IMG/VR virus record: IMGVR_UViG_3300047409_000236
Coordinates: 1-49,130 of that record
Strand: one strand, 5' to 3'
DNA: 49,130 nt
DNA from: a virus
Taxonomy: Duplodnaviria; Caudoviricetes
Translations under genes and position numbers: made by a program
Notes under the pieces: model-generated
Told to the model about the DNA's origin: nothing
Database searches by the model: none
What the model saw: only the letters and a program-made list of their open reading frames with translations
Part shown: positions 27,321 to 34,851 of the stretch, one piece after another
Position numbering within the stretch: position 1 is the first letter of the stretch
Layout: each line of letters starts with the position of its first letter

Positions 27321-28250
27321 TCAGACGATGCGGGTGGCGCCGGGGGAATTATAGCCCGGCACCTGCGCCCGGTAGCGCTGGTTCTGGTACTGCTGCAGAG
27401 CCCCGGCGGTGCCGACCTCGGCGAGGTTGAACACCGACGCCAGCGGCGACAGGTCGGTCGGCGCCGCCGAGATGTTCCTGACCGCCGCCAGCGCCTGATT
27501 GGCGCCGGGGTCCGGGTTCTCGGCCGCCGACAGCTGGTTTTCGGCCGTCGCCCGCTGGTTGGTGATGCTGGTCTTGAGATCGCCGGTGGCCTTGCTCGCC
27601 TTGTCGCGGACGGCGGCCTCGTTGAGCGCGTTCTGCCTGATGAGGTCGGCATACTCGGTGTTGCCGGCGGAGCTTTCGCCGAGGCCGGCGCGGGCGAGGC
27701 GGTAGGTCAGCTCGTCGCGGGCGTCGCCGAACTGCTGGGCGACCTGCGGCATGTAGTAGCCGGTGATGGCGTTCTTGAACTTGTCGAAGAAGGTGGCGTC
27801 GAAGCCGCCGGAATGGCCGGTCCTGGTTTTCGTCGTCGGCGTGATGGTGTCTCCGGCGTTGTAGAGCTTGCCGTCGGGTCCCTTGACCATCAGCGTGCCG
27901 GGCTGGCCGGGGACCGTTTCGTAGCCCACGGTGTTCGCCATGCTATGCGCGTCTTTCACGGAAACCGACCTTGAGGTGGCCGGCGTCGCCCCCTGCAGCG
28001 AGTAGGTATATCCGGCCGGCAGGCCGGCGACGGCGGCTCCGGCGGCAGCCCCGGCGGGCGCGGCACCGATCTTGATCGGCGTGCCGGCCGTCGTCCTGAA
28101 GGTGTCGGTGCCCTCGTAAGCGGCCTTGATCCTCGCCAGCCCGGCCTTGATGCGCGCCTGCCGCTCGTCTTCCTTGCGGCGGGCGTCGTCGGCCTCCTTC
28201 TGCTGCTGGGCGATCATCTGCGAATTGTCGGAACCACCACCCCAGCACAT
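27321..28250 (-). CDS. Putative internal virion protein (Met-Cys start)
   Basis: MCWGGGSDNSQMIAQQQ...; follows the GNAT genes. Confidence 0.6.
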   Translation of the reverse strand: MCWGGGSDNSQMIAQQQKEADDARRKEDERQARIKAGLARIKAAYEGTDTFRTTAGTPIKIGAAPAGAAAGAAVAGLPAGYTYSLQGATPATSRSVSVKDAHSMANTVGYETVPGQPGTLMVKGPDGKLYNAGDTITPTTKTRTGHSGGFDATFFDKFKNAITGYYMPQVAQQFGDARDELTYRLARAGLGESSAGNTEYADLIRQNALNEAAVRDKASKATGDLKTSITNQRATAENQLSAAENPDPGANQALAAVRNISAAPTDLSPLASVFNLAEVGTAGALQQYQNQRYRAQVPGYNSPGATRIV

Positions 28251-28251
28251 G

Positions 28252-28734
28252 TCAGAGCCTCTTTGCCAGAAGGGTCGAGCCGGCGATCTCGCTGTAGCCG
28301 TTCTCGATGAATAGCTGCTTGCCGGTGCCGATGCCCGAAGACAGGCCGGCGCGGAAGGCGATGCAGCCCTCGGACTTGGCGAAGTCCTCCGCCAGCCTGA
28401 GCAGCGTCGAGCCGATCTGCTTGATGCGCCAGCCGCGCCGCACGTAGAACTTGTCGAGGAAAGCGTAAGGCTGCACGAACGCGGTGTCGTCGACGCAGTA
28501 GCCGAGAGCCCCGACCAAGAGGTCTGTCTCCCTGTCGAAGGCGAGGACGTGCTCCGGGCGATGTACCTCGATGGCGCGCGCCAGCCATCGCCGGGCTTTT
28601 TCCGGGTCGACCTCCAGCCCCAGTTCCGGCAGCTGGCTCTCCTCGAAGAAGGTATTGAACAGGTCGAACAGCTGATCGACGTGCTCGTGCTCGGCGATGG
28701 CGTAGTCGATGTCGACGGTCGAGGCTTCAGGCAT
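28252..28734 (-). CDS. GNAT acetyltransferase
   Basis: FYVRRGWRIKQIGSTLL..AKSEGC..LFIENGY (motifs A and B). Confidence 0.75.
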   Translation of the reverse strand: MPEASTVDIDYAIAEHEHVDQLFDLFNTFFEESQLPELGLEVDPEKARRWLARAIEVHRPEHVLAFDRETDLLVGALGYCVDDTAFVQPYAFLDKFYVRRGWRIKQIGSTLLRLAEDFAKSEGCIAFRAGLSSGIGTGKQLFIENGYSEIAGSTLLAKRL

Positions 28735-29200
28735 CGTCCCTCATGTACAGGATCAGGTCCCGATGGGGGGTGCCAAAGCCCGGCAGCGTGGCCTTGGGCG
28801 TGAAGCCCAAGTGCGCCAGCCAGCGGCAGGAAAGGCCGTTCTCCCTGTGGACGAAGCAGGCTGCCCTGTCGATGCCGTCGGCGCGCAGGGCCGGGATCAT
28901 AATGCGGCGGATGTGTTTCGTCACCGTGCGGGCGGCGCGCCAGCCGAGATCGGTCTTGAACGCCCAGACGAAGGCGATGCCGGGATCGAGCAGGGCCGGG
29001 AAACGCTTGGCGCCAAACGCCATCACCGGGCGGCCATGGTCGAGCGCCACCTTGCAATAGTGGCTGTCGGCGGCGTCACGCGCCAGCCGGGGGAAGTCCG
29101 ATGTGTCTCTGGTGCAGGAGAGTTCCCTGAGATCGTCATCGCACAACAGCGCGCCAATCAACGCGATGTCTGTCTCCCTGCCTTCGACGATCTCGATCAT
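28727..29200 (-). CDS. T7 gp13-like GNAT-fold protein
   Basis: DDLREL..PVMAFG..VWAF..ENGLSCRWLAHLGF. Confidence 0.65.
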   Translation of the reverse strand: MIEIVEGRETDIALIGALLCDDDLRELSCTRDTSDFPRLARDAADSHYCKVALDHGRPVMAFGAKRFPALLDPGIAFVWAFKTDLGWRAARTVTKHIRRIMIPALRADGIDRAACFVHRENGLSCRWLAHLGFTPKATLPGFGTPHRDLILYMRDDA

Positions 29201-30705
29201 GCCTCGTCATCCGCCATTTCGTAGTGGACCGCACAGTTGCTGATCGTCGCCGGCAGGGCGTCGTTGTTGTAGAACCTCAGCGAGAAATGACTGTCCTCGC
29301 CGACCTGCTCGGCACGCCCGGCGTTCCACGTCGGCCGGTCGATGGTGGCGATGGTCTCCTCGGCGTCGGGGTTGTTGAAGTCGTAGGAGACAGCGACGGT
29401 CCACGCCCCGGTGAGCTGCAGGGTGCCGGTCGGGTTGTCGTAGGAGACAGTGGCGTCGAAGCCGAGGAACTGCTTCCTGTGGCCGGGCTTCTTGCCGTCG
29501 AGGTAGGGCAACCGCACCTCGACGCCGCAATTGTCGTAGACCTGCCCGTTGCTGCCGCCATAGACCCACAGCTGGTTGGCGGTGTCGCGCATGAAGATGC
29601 GACCGCCGCAGACGACGGCGTATTGCATGGTGAACGGCAGCGTGAAGTGCGACCACGCCGTGATCTTGGGGCCGGGGAAGTACGACAGCACGTAGACGCG
29701 GTCCGGCAGCACCAGCCAGAAGCGGCCGACATAGGGCTCCAGCAGCGACACGGCCTTGCCCATGAAGCTCTGGCCCAGCGTGATCTCCAGCGTCGAGATG
29801 ATGCTGTCGATGGGCGAGCCGATGTCGGAGACGGAGGCCGAGTTGGAGCTGTCGCGCGCCTTCATCGAGCGGACGCCCGAGTGGTCGAGGAACAGCACGT
29901 CGCCATTGCCGTACTGCAGCGGCGAATAGGAAGCGTAGGTGCCGGAGCCGCGCAGCAGCTGGTCGTAGTGGTTCTGCAGCGGGTCGGGGTCGACGGACCA
30001 CACCTGTATCGCCTCGGTCGAGAACACGGCGAGCTTGTTGTAGTAGATTTCCAGCCCACTCAGCCTCTCGCTGTCGGCGTCGGTCAGCGCGAGGTTGACG
30101 AAGCCCATGCCGGTGGTCGGCTTGCCGCTGGGATCGAGGATCGGCGAGCCCTTGTTCCATGCCATCGGCTGCTTGACGGCAGAAAAATACAAGTACTTGC
30201 CGGCGATGGCGTACATCTTCGTCTGCACGGTCCTGACGTAGTAGCCCTTGCCGTTGCCTTCGATCACCTCGCTCACGCTGGCGGCGTTGTTCGGGTCGTC
30301 ATAGTAATGCGGATTGTAGTGGGGGTAGCCGGAAGTGCCGGCCGGGTTGTAGCAGGCGATATAGAGGTTGCCGTCGAAGACGTCGAAATCCGTCTGCACG
30401 AGGTTGGGCGCGGAATTGGGGATGTCCTTGCTCACCAGCGTGACGCCGCTGATAGGGGGATTGATCGGGTATACCGGCAGAGTGGTGTTGCGGCCGAATG
30501 TGGCGATCGTGTCTTCGGTCGCCGCCAGCCCGAAACTGGACGGATGCAGGTCGGCGACCTTGACGAAGGCGCGCCGCTTGGCGATCTCGCCGCCCGGCGT
30601 GATGACGGCGTTCTTCAGCCTGAGCAGCGTCCCCGCCGGAGCCGTCAGCGGCGACTTGCGGGTGTCGAGGCCGGCAGCGAAATTTTCAATCAACTGGTAA
30701 GTGAT
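29197..30705 (-). CDS. Tail tubular protein B / nozzle (beta-propeller); start ATC 30705 or TTG 30693
   Basis: About 500 aa, beta-rich; ENFAAGLD, YLYFSAV, ITAWSHF; follows the adaptor gene. Confidence 0.7.
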   Translation of the reverse strand: MTYQLIENFAAGLDTRKSPLTAPAGTLLRLKNAVITPGGEIAKRRAFVKVADLHPSSFGLAATEDTIATFGRNTTLPVYPINPPISGVTLVSKDIPNSAPNLVQTDFDVFDGNLYIACYNPAGTSGYPHYNPHYYDDPNNAASVSEVIEGNGKGYYVRTVQTKMYAIAGKYLYFSAVKQPMAWNKGSPILDPSGKPTTGMGFVNLALTDADSERLSGLEIYYNKLAVFSTEAIQVWSVDPDPLQNHYDQLLRGSGTYASYSPLQYGNGDVLFLDHSGVRSMKARDSSNSASVSDIGSPIDSIISTLEITLGQSFMGKAVSLLEPYVGRFWLVLPDRVYVLSYFPGPKITAWSHFTLPFTMQYAVVCGGRIFMRDTANQLWVYGGSNGQVYDNCGVEVRLPYLDGKKPGHRKQFLGFDATVSYDNPTGTLQLTGAWTVAVSYDFNNPDAEETIATIDRPTWNAGRAEQVGEDSHFSLRFYNNDALPATISNCAVHYEMADDEA

Positions 30706-30708
30706 GGC

Positions 30709-31431
30709 TTACCCTCCAGCACCCACCCGGATGACGTTGTTCAGGGAACGGCGGTCGGGAGAGCCGCTGCCGATGGTGGAGACCTTGTTCTTCCCCGAAA
30801 TCTTGTTGCCCAGCAGCTTCAGGAGGTGCCTCTGGGCCTTCTGCGCCTTGCCCGGCGCGTCCTCGGCCTTGGCCCGAGCGAGCAGTTCAGCCGCCGCGAA
30901 CAGCACGATCAGGGTGGCGTCGAGGGTGCAATAGTCGTCGTCGGCGATGAACGGGTCGAGCGATTTGTTGCCCTTGAAGCGCACCGCATAGGTGTTGTTG
31001 ACAGTGGGCGTCGGCCAGACGCGGAACTTGGCCGGCCGCCCCTCCACGCCTGTCGCGTCAGCCTCGACATCCCACACCTGCACCGGGTCGCCCTTCGCGC
31101 TGTTGCCTTCGTCCCAGTGGATCATGTCTTCGGAGATGCCGTAGTCGATGGGTATCCAGTCGCCGAGGGAGACACTGCCCACCCACGCCGACCGGATGGC
31201 GTCGAACGGCATCTGCGGCAGGAAATCGTAGAGGTACAGGTTAGCCGACATCAGCTTGTTGTAACGGATGGTGAGGTCAGGCCACTGGAAGGCGGTCCAC
31301 AGTTCTTCCTGCGTGCGCGCCAGCAGGTATTTCAATGTCTCCAGCTGGTTGACGCCCTGCGCGGTCGACAGGGAGTGCCCTGCCTCGGCGCGCAGGTTCT
31401 TGACCATCACACTGAGCTGCTGGGTCGGCAT
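30709..31431 (-). CDS. Tail tubular protein A / head-tail adaptor
   Basis: 240 aa; ..QWP, RVWPTP, TLIVLFAAAELL; position after the capsid gene. Confidence 0.65.
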   Translation of the reverse strand: MPTQQLSVMVKNLRAEAGHSLSTAQGVNQLETLKYLLARTQEELWTAFQWPDLTIRYNKLMSANLYLYDFLPQMPFDAIRSAWVGSVSLGDWIPIDYGISEDMIHWDEGNSAKGDPVQVWDVEADATGVEGRPAKFRVWPTPTVNNTYAVRFKGNKSLDPFIADDDYCTLDATLIVLFAAAELLARAKAEDAPGKAQKAQRHLLKLLGNKISGKNKVSTIGSGSPDRRSLNNVIRVGAGG

Positions 31432-31434
31432 CGG

Positions 31435-31968
31435 TCAGCGCCTCTTGGCGAGCTTCCTGTCGGGTATGGCGCCATCCTCCTCGAAAGGGTCTGGCTCGTC
31501 GCCCTGCGGTGCCGGGCGCGGGTCACCGAACGTCGTCGGCGTCGCCACCGGCAATGGCCCGGCGGCGAGCGGCCCGGCGGCGTCCATCGGCTGCCATGAT
31601 GGCAGCTGCGTCGGATCGGCCGGCTCGGAGCCGTCCTCGGTGGTGATCTCGACCACCCCGCTCAGGGGGTTTCGCCAGACCGTGCCGGCCTTCGGCCTGA
31701 TCTCCGGCGCCTCCATCTCGTCGGGGGCGTTCCTGCCGCCCCACACGCCGGCCAGCGGCCCTTCGCCGTAGATGAAGGAAAGCCGCTGCCGCTCGTAGCG
31801 CGGCTGCTGCGGCACCGTGGCGAAAGGCACCACGTCGAGGACGCTGGGGTCGCCGTGGATGAGCCGCAGCACCGAAATCTCGGGCCACGACAGCGGGCTG
31901 TAGACGTCGCGGTGCATGACGTTGTTGCTGTCGCCGCCGAGCATGATCTTGGCCGTGCAGAAATGCAT
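31435..31968 (-). CDS. Hypothetical structural-module protein
   Basis: RBS AAGGAG; lies between capsid and adaptor genes. Confidence 0.65.
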   Translation of the reverse strand: MHFCTAKIMLGGDSNNVMHRDVYSPLSWPEISVLRLIHGDPSVLDVVPFATVPQQPRYERQRLSFIYGEGPLAGVWGGRNAPDEMEAPEIRPKAGTVWRNPLSGVVEITTEDGSEPADPTQLPSWQPMDAAGPLAAGPLPVATPTTFGDPRPAPQGDEPDPFEEDGAIPDRKLAKRR

Positions 31969-31984
31969 CAGGGGTCTCCTTCGT

Positions 31985-32009
31985 GGCGGGCGGCCCCATG
32001 CCGCCCGCC
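31985..32009 (-). terminator. Hairpin after the major capsid gene
   Basis: GGCGGGCGGC-cccat-GCCGCCCGCC; no U-tract. Confidence 0.4.
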
Positions 32010-32028
32010 CTCAGTCTGACAGCCTAAA

Positions 32029-33144
32029 TCATGCGATGTCGATCACGGCCGACGAATTGAACTGCTTGCCGACCATCTGGCAGGTCGAGGTGATCGAACG
32101 GAAGATCAGGAACTTGTCGTAGGGCCGCGACGGGGTGTGGCGATGCATCCATTCGTCCTCCATGCACATCAGGCCGATGCGCTTGGTGTCGATCCAGTAG
32201 GACCGCTTGGAGAGACCGAGGTCGTCCAGCGTCGGGTCGTAATTGATCTGGATGCCGTTGAAGTACATGTCTCCCATCGAGCCGTCTTGGTTCTTGTTGA
32301 AGCCGGTCATCGAGTAGTTGCCGTTGGCGCGGATTTCCATCTCCATCGCGCCAATGAAAGCACTGCCGGCGACAACAAGGTCAGGCTTGCTGCCGTAGCG
32401 GGTCAGCTGCCGCTGCTCGGCCTGCAGCACCTGCAGCAGCGCGCCGCCATTGGCCGCGTTGGCGGCGATCGGGCCGCCGCCCCACTGCGATAGCGCCGGG
32501 GTGCCGGTCACCTTGGCACCGAAGGCCGTCGTGTAGGCGCGGTTGCGCCACCACGTATTGCCCGCCAGCGACCTGTCGATGCCGCCGACGGTGCCGACCG
32601 ACGGGTCGTCGGCGATCAAGAGCTTGAGGCCGGCCAGCGCTTTGACGTCGGCGACGCCGTCGCCGTAGAGCAGGATGTTGAAGTCGCGGGCGTATTTCTC
32701 GCCCAGATCGAAGAGCTTGTCCTCCAGAAGACCGACGAGGACGTGCAACTCGCGCCGGCTGTGCTCTGACGTGCGTTCGCCGTTGGAGCCGGGGTCGACG
32801 ACGCTGATGCCGTCGATCTTCAGCTCGGTGTGGGTAATCTGCAGACCGATGTGGTGCTCGCGCCACGGGTAGTTGGCGCGCTTGATGTTGGAGGGCGTGT
32901 AGAACACGACCTGATCGTCGTGGGTGTAGCCCTTGAGGCTGTCGTTGACGCCGCCGGCGCCGAAAGCCCCGGAGACAGCGACCGAGATCGAGCCCTTGCC
33001 GCCGGAGAAATACTTCTTGCGGGCCACCATCTTGTCCATGAGTGGCCGTTCTTGGAGGGTCTGCCTCCACTGCTCGCCCTTGTCGAGATAGAAATCGAGC
33101 GACGCATTCGCGATATTGGTGACTTCGTTTGCCGTGAAGGCCAT
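32029..33144 (-). CDS. Major capsid protein
   Basis: 371 aa after the scaffold gene; LLYGDG..LAGL..GTVGGIDRS..WWRN pattern of podovirus HK97-fold capsids. Confidence 0.85.
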   Translation of the reverse strand: MAFTANEVTNIANASLDFYLDKGEQWRQTLQERPLMDKMVARKKYFSGGKGSISVAVSGAFGAGGVNDSLKGYTHDDQVVFYTPSNIKRANYPWREHHIGLQITHTELKIDGISVVDPGSNGERTSEHSRRELHVLVGLLEDKLFDLGEKYARDFNILLYGDGVADVKALAGLKLLIADDPSVGTVGGIDRSLAGNTWWRNRAYTTAFGAKVTGTPALSQWGGGPIAANAANGGALLQVLQAEQRQLTRYGSKPDLVVAGSAFIGAMEMEIRANGNYSMTGFNKNQDGSMGDMYFNGIQINYDPTLDDLGLSKRSYWIDTKRIGLMCMEDEWMHRHTPSRPYDKFLIFRSITSTCQMVGKQFNSSAVIDIA

Positions 33145-33165
33145 CGGGGTTTGCCCAGATCGGCC

Positions 33166-34251
33166 TTACGCCCTGCGGGAGTTCTCCAGTCCTTGGATGG
33201 CCGCTTCCATGAGTGTCTTGGGCGCGGCGCGGGCGGAAGGCGTTTGCGCGGAGCCGTTCGGCATGGACCCGGTGGCGCGAGGTTTCGGCAGCAGCGAGCG
33301 GGTGTGCTTGTTCACCTCCTCGTAGGCGGCCTTGGTGATCTCCAAGGCGTCCTCGACGGAGGCGATCCGCCCACCACGTTCGAGCAACATGGCCTGCGCC
33401 ACCCTGCGAACGGAGGGTGCCTTCGCCTTGTAGTCGGGATCGCTCGCGGCAAGCCGTGTCTCGTAGCTGCTGACGGCGCGCTGGACATTGCCCTGCACGT
33501 TGACGAGGGCCTGCTGCTGGCTGGCAGCCTGCGCCTCCTGTGCAGTGATCGTGGCCCGCTGGTGGTCGAAGCGCTGGCGCGCGAACTCGCGCGCCGCCGC
33601 TTCGGTCATCTGGCCCTGCCGAACGCGCCCGGCGAGGTCGGTCGGCAGCACGATGCCCAGATACTCTTGGGCCGTCCTGACGAACGGCGCGACCATCTGG
33701 TAGAAGGCCGCGTAGTCCCCGGAACGCAACGCCGCCGCGATCTTCAGCGTGTTGGCGACGTCGTCGCCGGAGAGATTGGCAGTCCTCGCGAACTGCTCAA
33801 GCTCACCGCCGACGCTGGCGGCACCGCGCAGACCCTCGACCTCGGTGCGGAGATTTTCCGCCTCGGCGCGAAGCTCGCGGCGCTGCTTCAGCAGCTTGTT
33901 GATCTTCTTGCGGATGGCGGGCGAGGCCTCGGCGGCCTGCTCGTCATCCGGCACGTCCTCGCCGTCGGCTTCGGGGGCCTGCGCCTGATCCTGACCGTCT
34001 GGCGTCTGCGGATCGGGAGCATCCGCGTCTGCTGCCTCTGTCTCCGCTAGGACGTCCGTCTCGGTCGTGGCCGGGACCACCTTGAGAACGGCATCCAGCA
34101 GGGTGGACTTGGCGTCCCTTCCTGTGTCGGCATCGTGCGACGGGCTCGCGTCGCTTGGTGCCGATGGCGCTGGGGATGGCGTAGACGGCGCAGCCGGGCT
34201 TGGCGCGCTCTGTTCGCTTGGTCCGGGCGTGACGTCGGGATCGTCAGCCAA
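33166..34251 (-). CDS. Scaffolding protein
   Basis: Acidic/Pro N-terminus and coiled coil; between portal and capsid genes. Confidence 0.7.
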   Translation of the reverse strand: MADDPDVTPGPSEQSAPSPAAPSTPSPAPSAPSDASPSHDADTGRDAKSTLLDAVLKVVPATTETDVLAETEAADADAPDPQTPDGQDQAQAPEADGEDVPDDEQAAEASPAIRKKINKLLKQRRELRAEAENLRTEVEGLRGAASVGGELEQFARTANLSGDDVANTLKIAAALRSGDYAAFYQMVAPFVRTAQEYLGIVLPTDLAGRVRQGQMTEAAAREFARQRFDHQRATITAQEAQAASQQQALVNVQGNVQRAVSSYETRLAASDPDYKAKAPSVRRVAQAMLLERGGRIASVEDALEITKAAYEEVNKHTRSLLPKPRATGSMPNGSAQTPSARAAPKTLMEAAIQGLENSRRA

Positions 34252-34293
34252 GAAGTTCCCCTGATCTATGAGTTGCCGCCCTTATAGGCGTGC

Positions 34294-34644
34294 TTACGTG
34301 CCGGCGGCAAGCTTCTCGCGCAGCGCGTAACCCTCCAGAGCCCAAAGCTGGCGGATGCAGTCCTCGCGGGCGAACTTGATGCCGAGGTCGGCGTCGAAGT
34401 TTCCGGCGTCGGCCGGCGCGGATTTTCCGACGACGGCATAGCCGTTCTGCATGACCATCACGCAGATCGTCATGTGCGGGATCAGCGACGGGTTCAGGTA
34501 CTGCTCGTCGTCGATCTTGGCGAGCATACTGTCGAGGGTGACGCGGTTGGGCGTCTTCTGCACGGCCTTGCTCTCGTCGTCGGTCATCCGCACGGACGAC
34601 AGGCCGGCACGATCCTTGCGCTGCTGGTCGGTTTCTTGGGCCAT
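34294..34644 (-). CDS. Phage gp49/gp66-family protein
   Basis: RVT..TICVMVMQNGYAVVGKSA..NFDADLG..LWALEGY. Confidence 0.85.
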   Translation of the reverse strand: MAQETDQQRKDRAGLSSVRMTDDESKAVQKTPNRVTLDSMLAKIDDEQYLNPSLIPHMTICVMVMQNGYAVVGKSAPADAGNFDADLGIKFAREDCIRQLWALEGYALREKLAAGT

Positions 34645-34672
34645 CTCAGGTCTCCCTTCGAGGTTGAGGGTT

Positions 34673-34828
34673 TCACTTCTTGCTCTTGCGCGCCGGGATT
34701 TTGGCTCCCGACTTGCGCGCCTGATCGAGGCTGGCGGCGACCGCCTGCGCCTGCGGATGGCCGGCAGCCTTCATCTCGCGGATGTTGGAGCTGATGGTCT
34801 TTTTACTTGAGCCTTTTTTCAGGGGCAT
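34673..34828 (-). CDS. Small basic protein, DUF6496-like (not in ORF track)
   Basis: MPLKKGSSKKTISSNIREMKAAGHPQAQAVAASLDQARKSG...; RBS GGAGGAG. Confidence 0.7.
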   Translation of the reverse strand: MPLKKGSSKKTISSNIREMKAAGHPQAQAVAASLDQARKSGAKIPARKSKK

Positions 34829-34851
34829 GTCTCTGTCTCCTCCTCTGCAAC

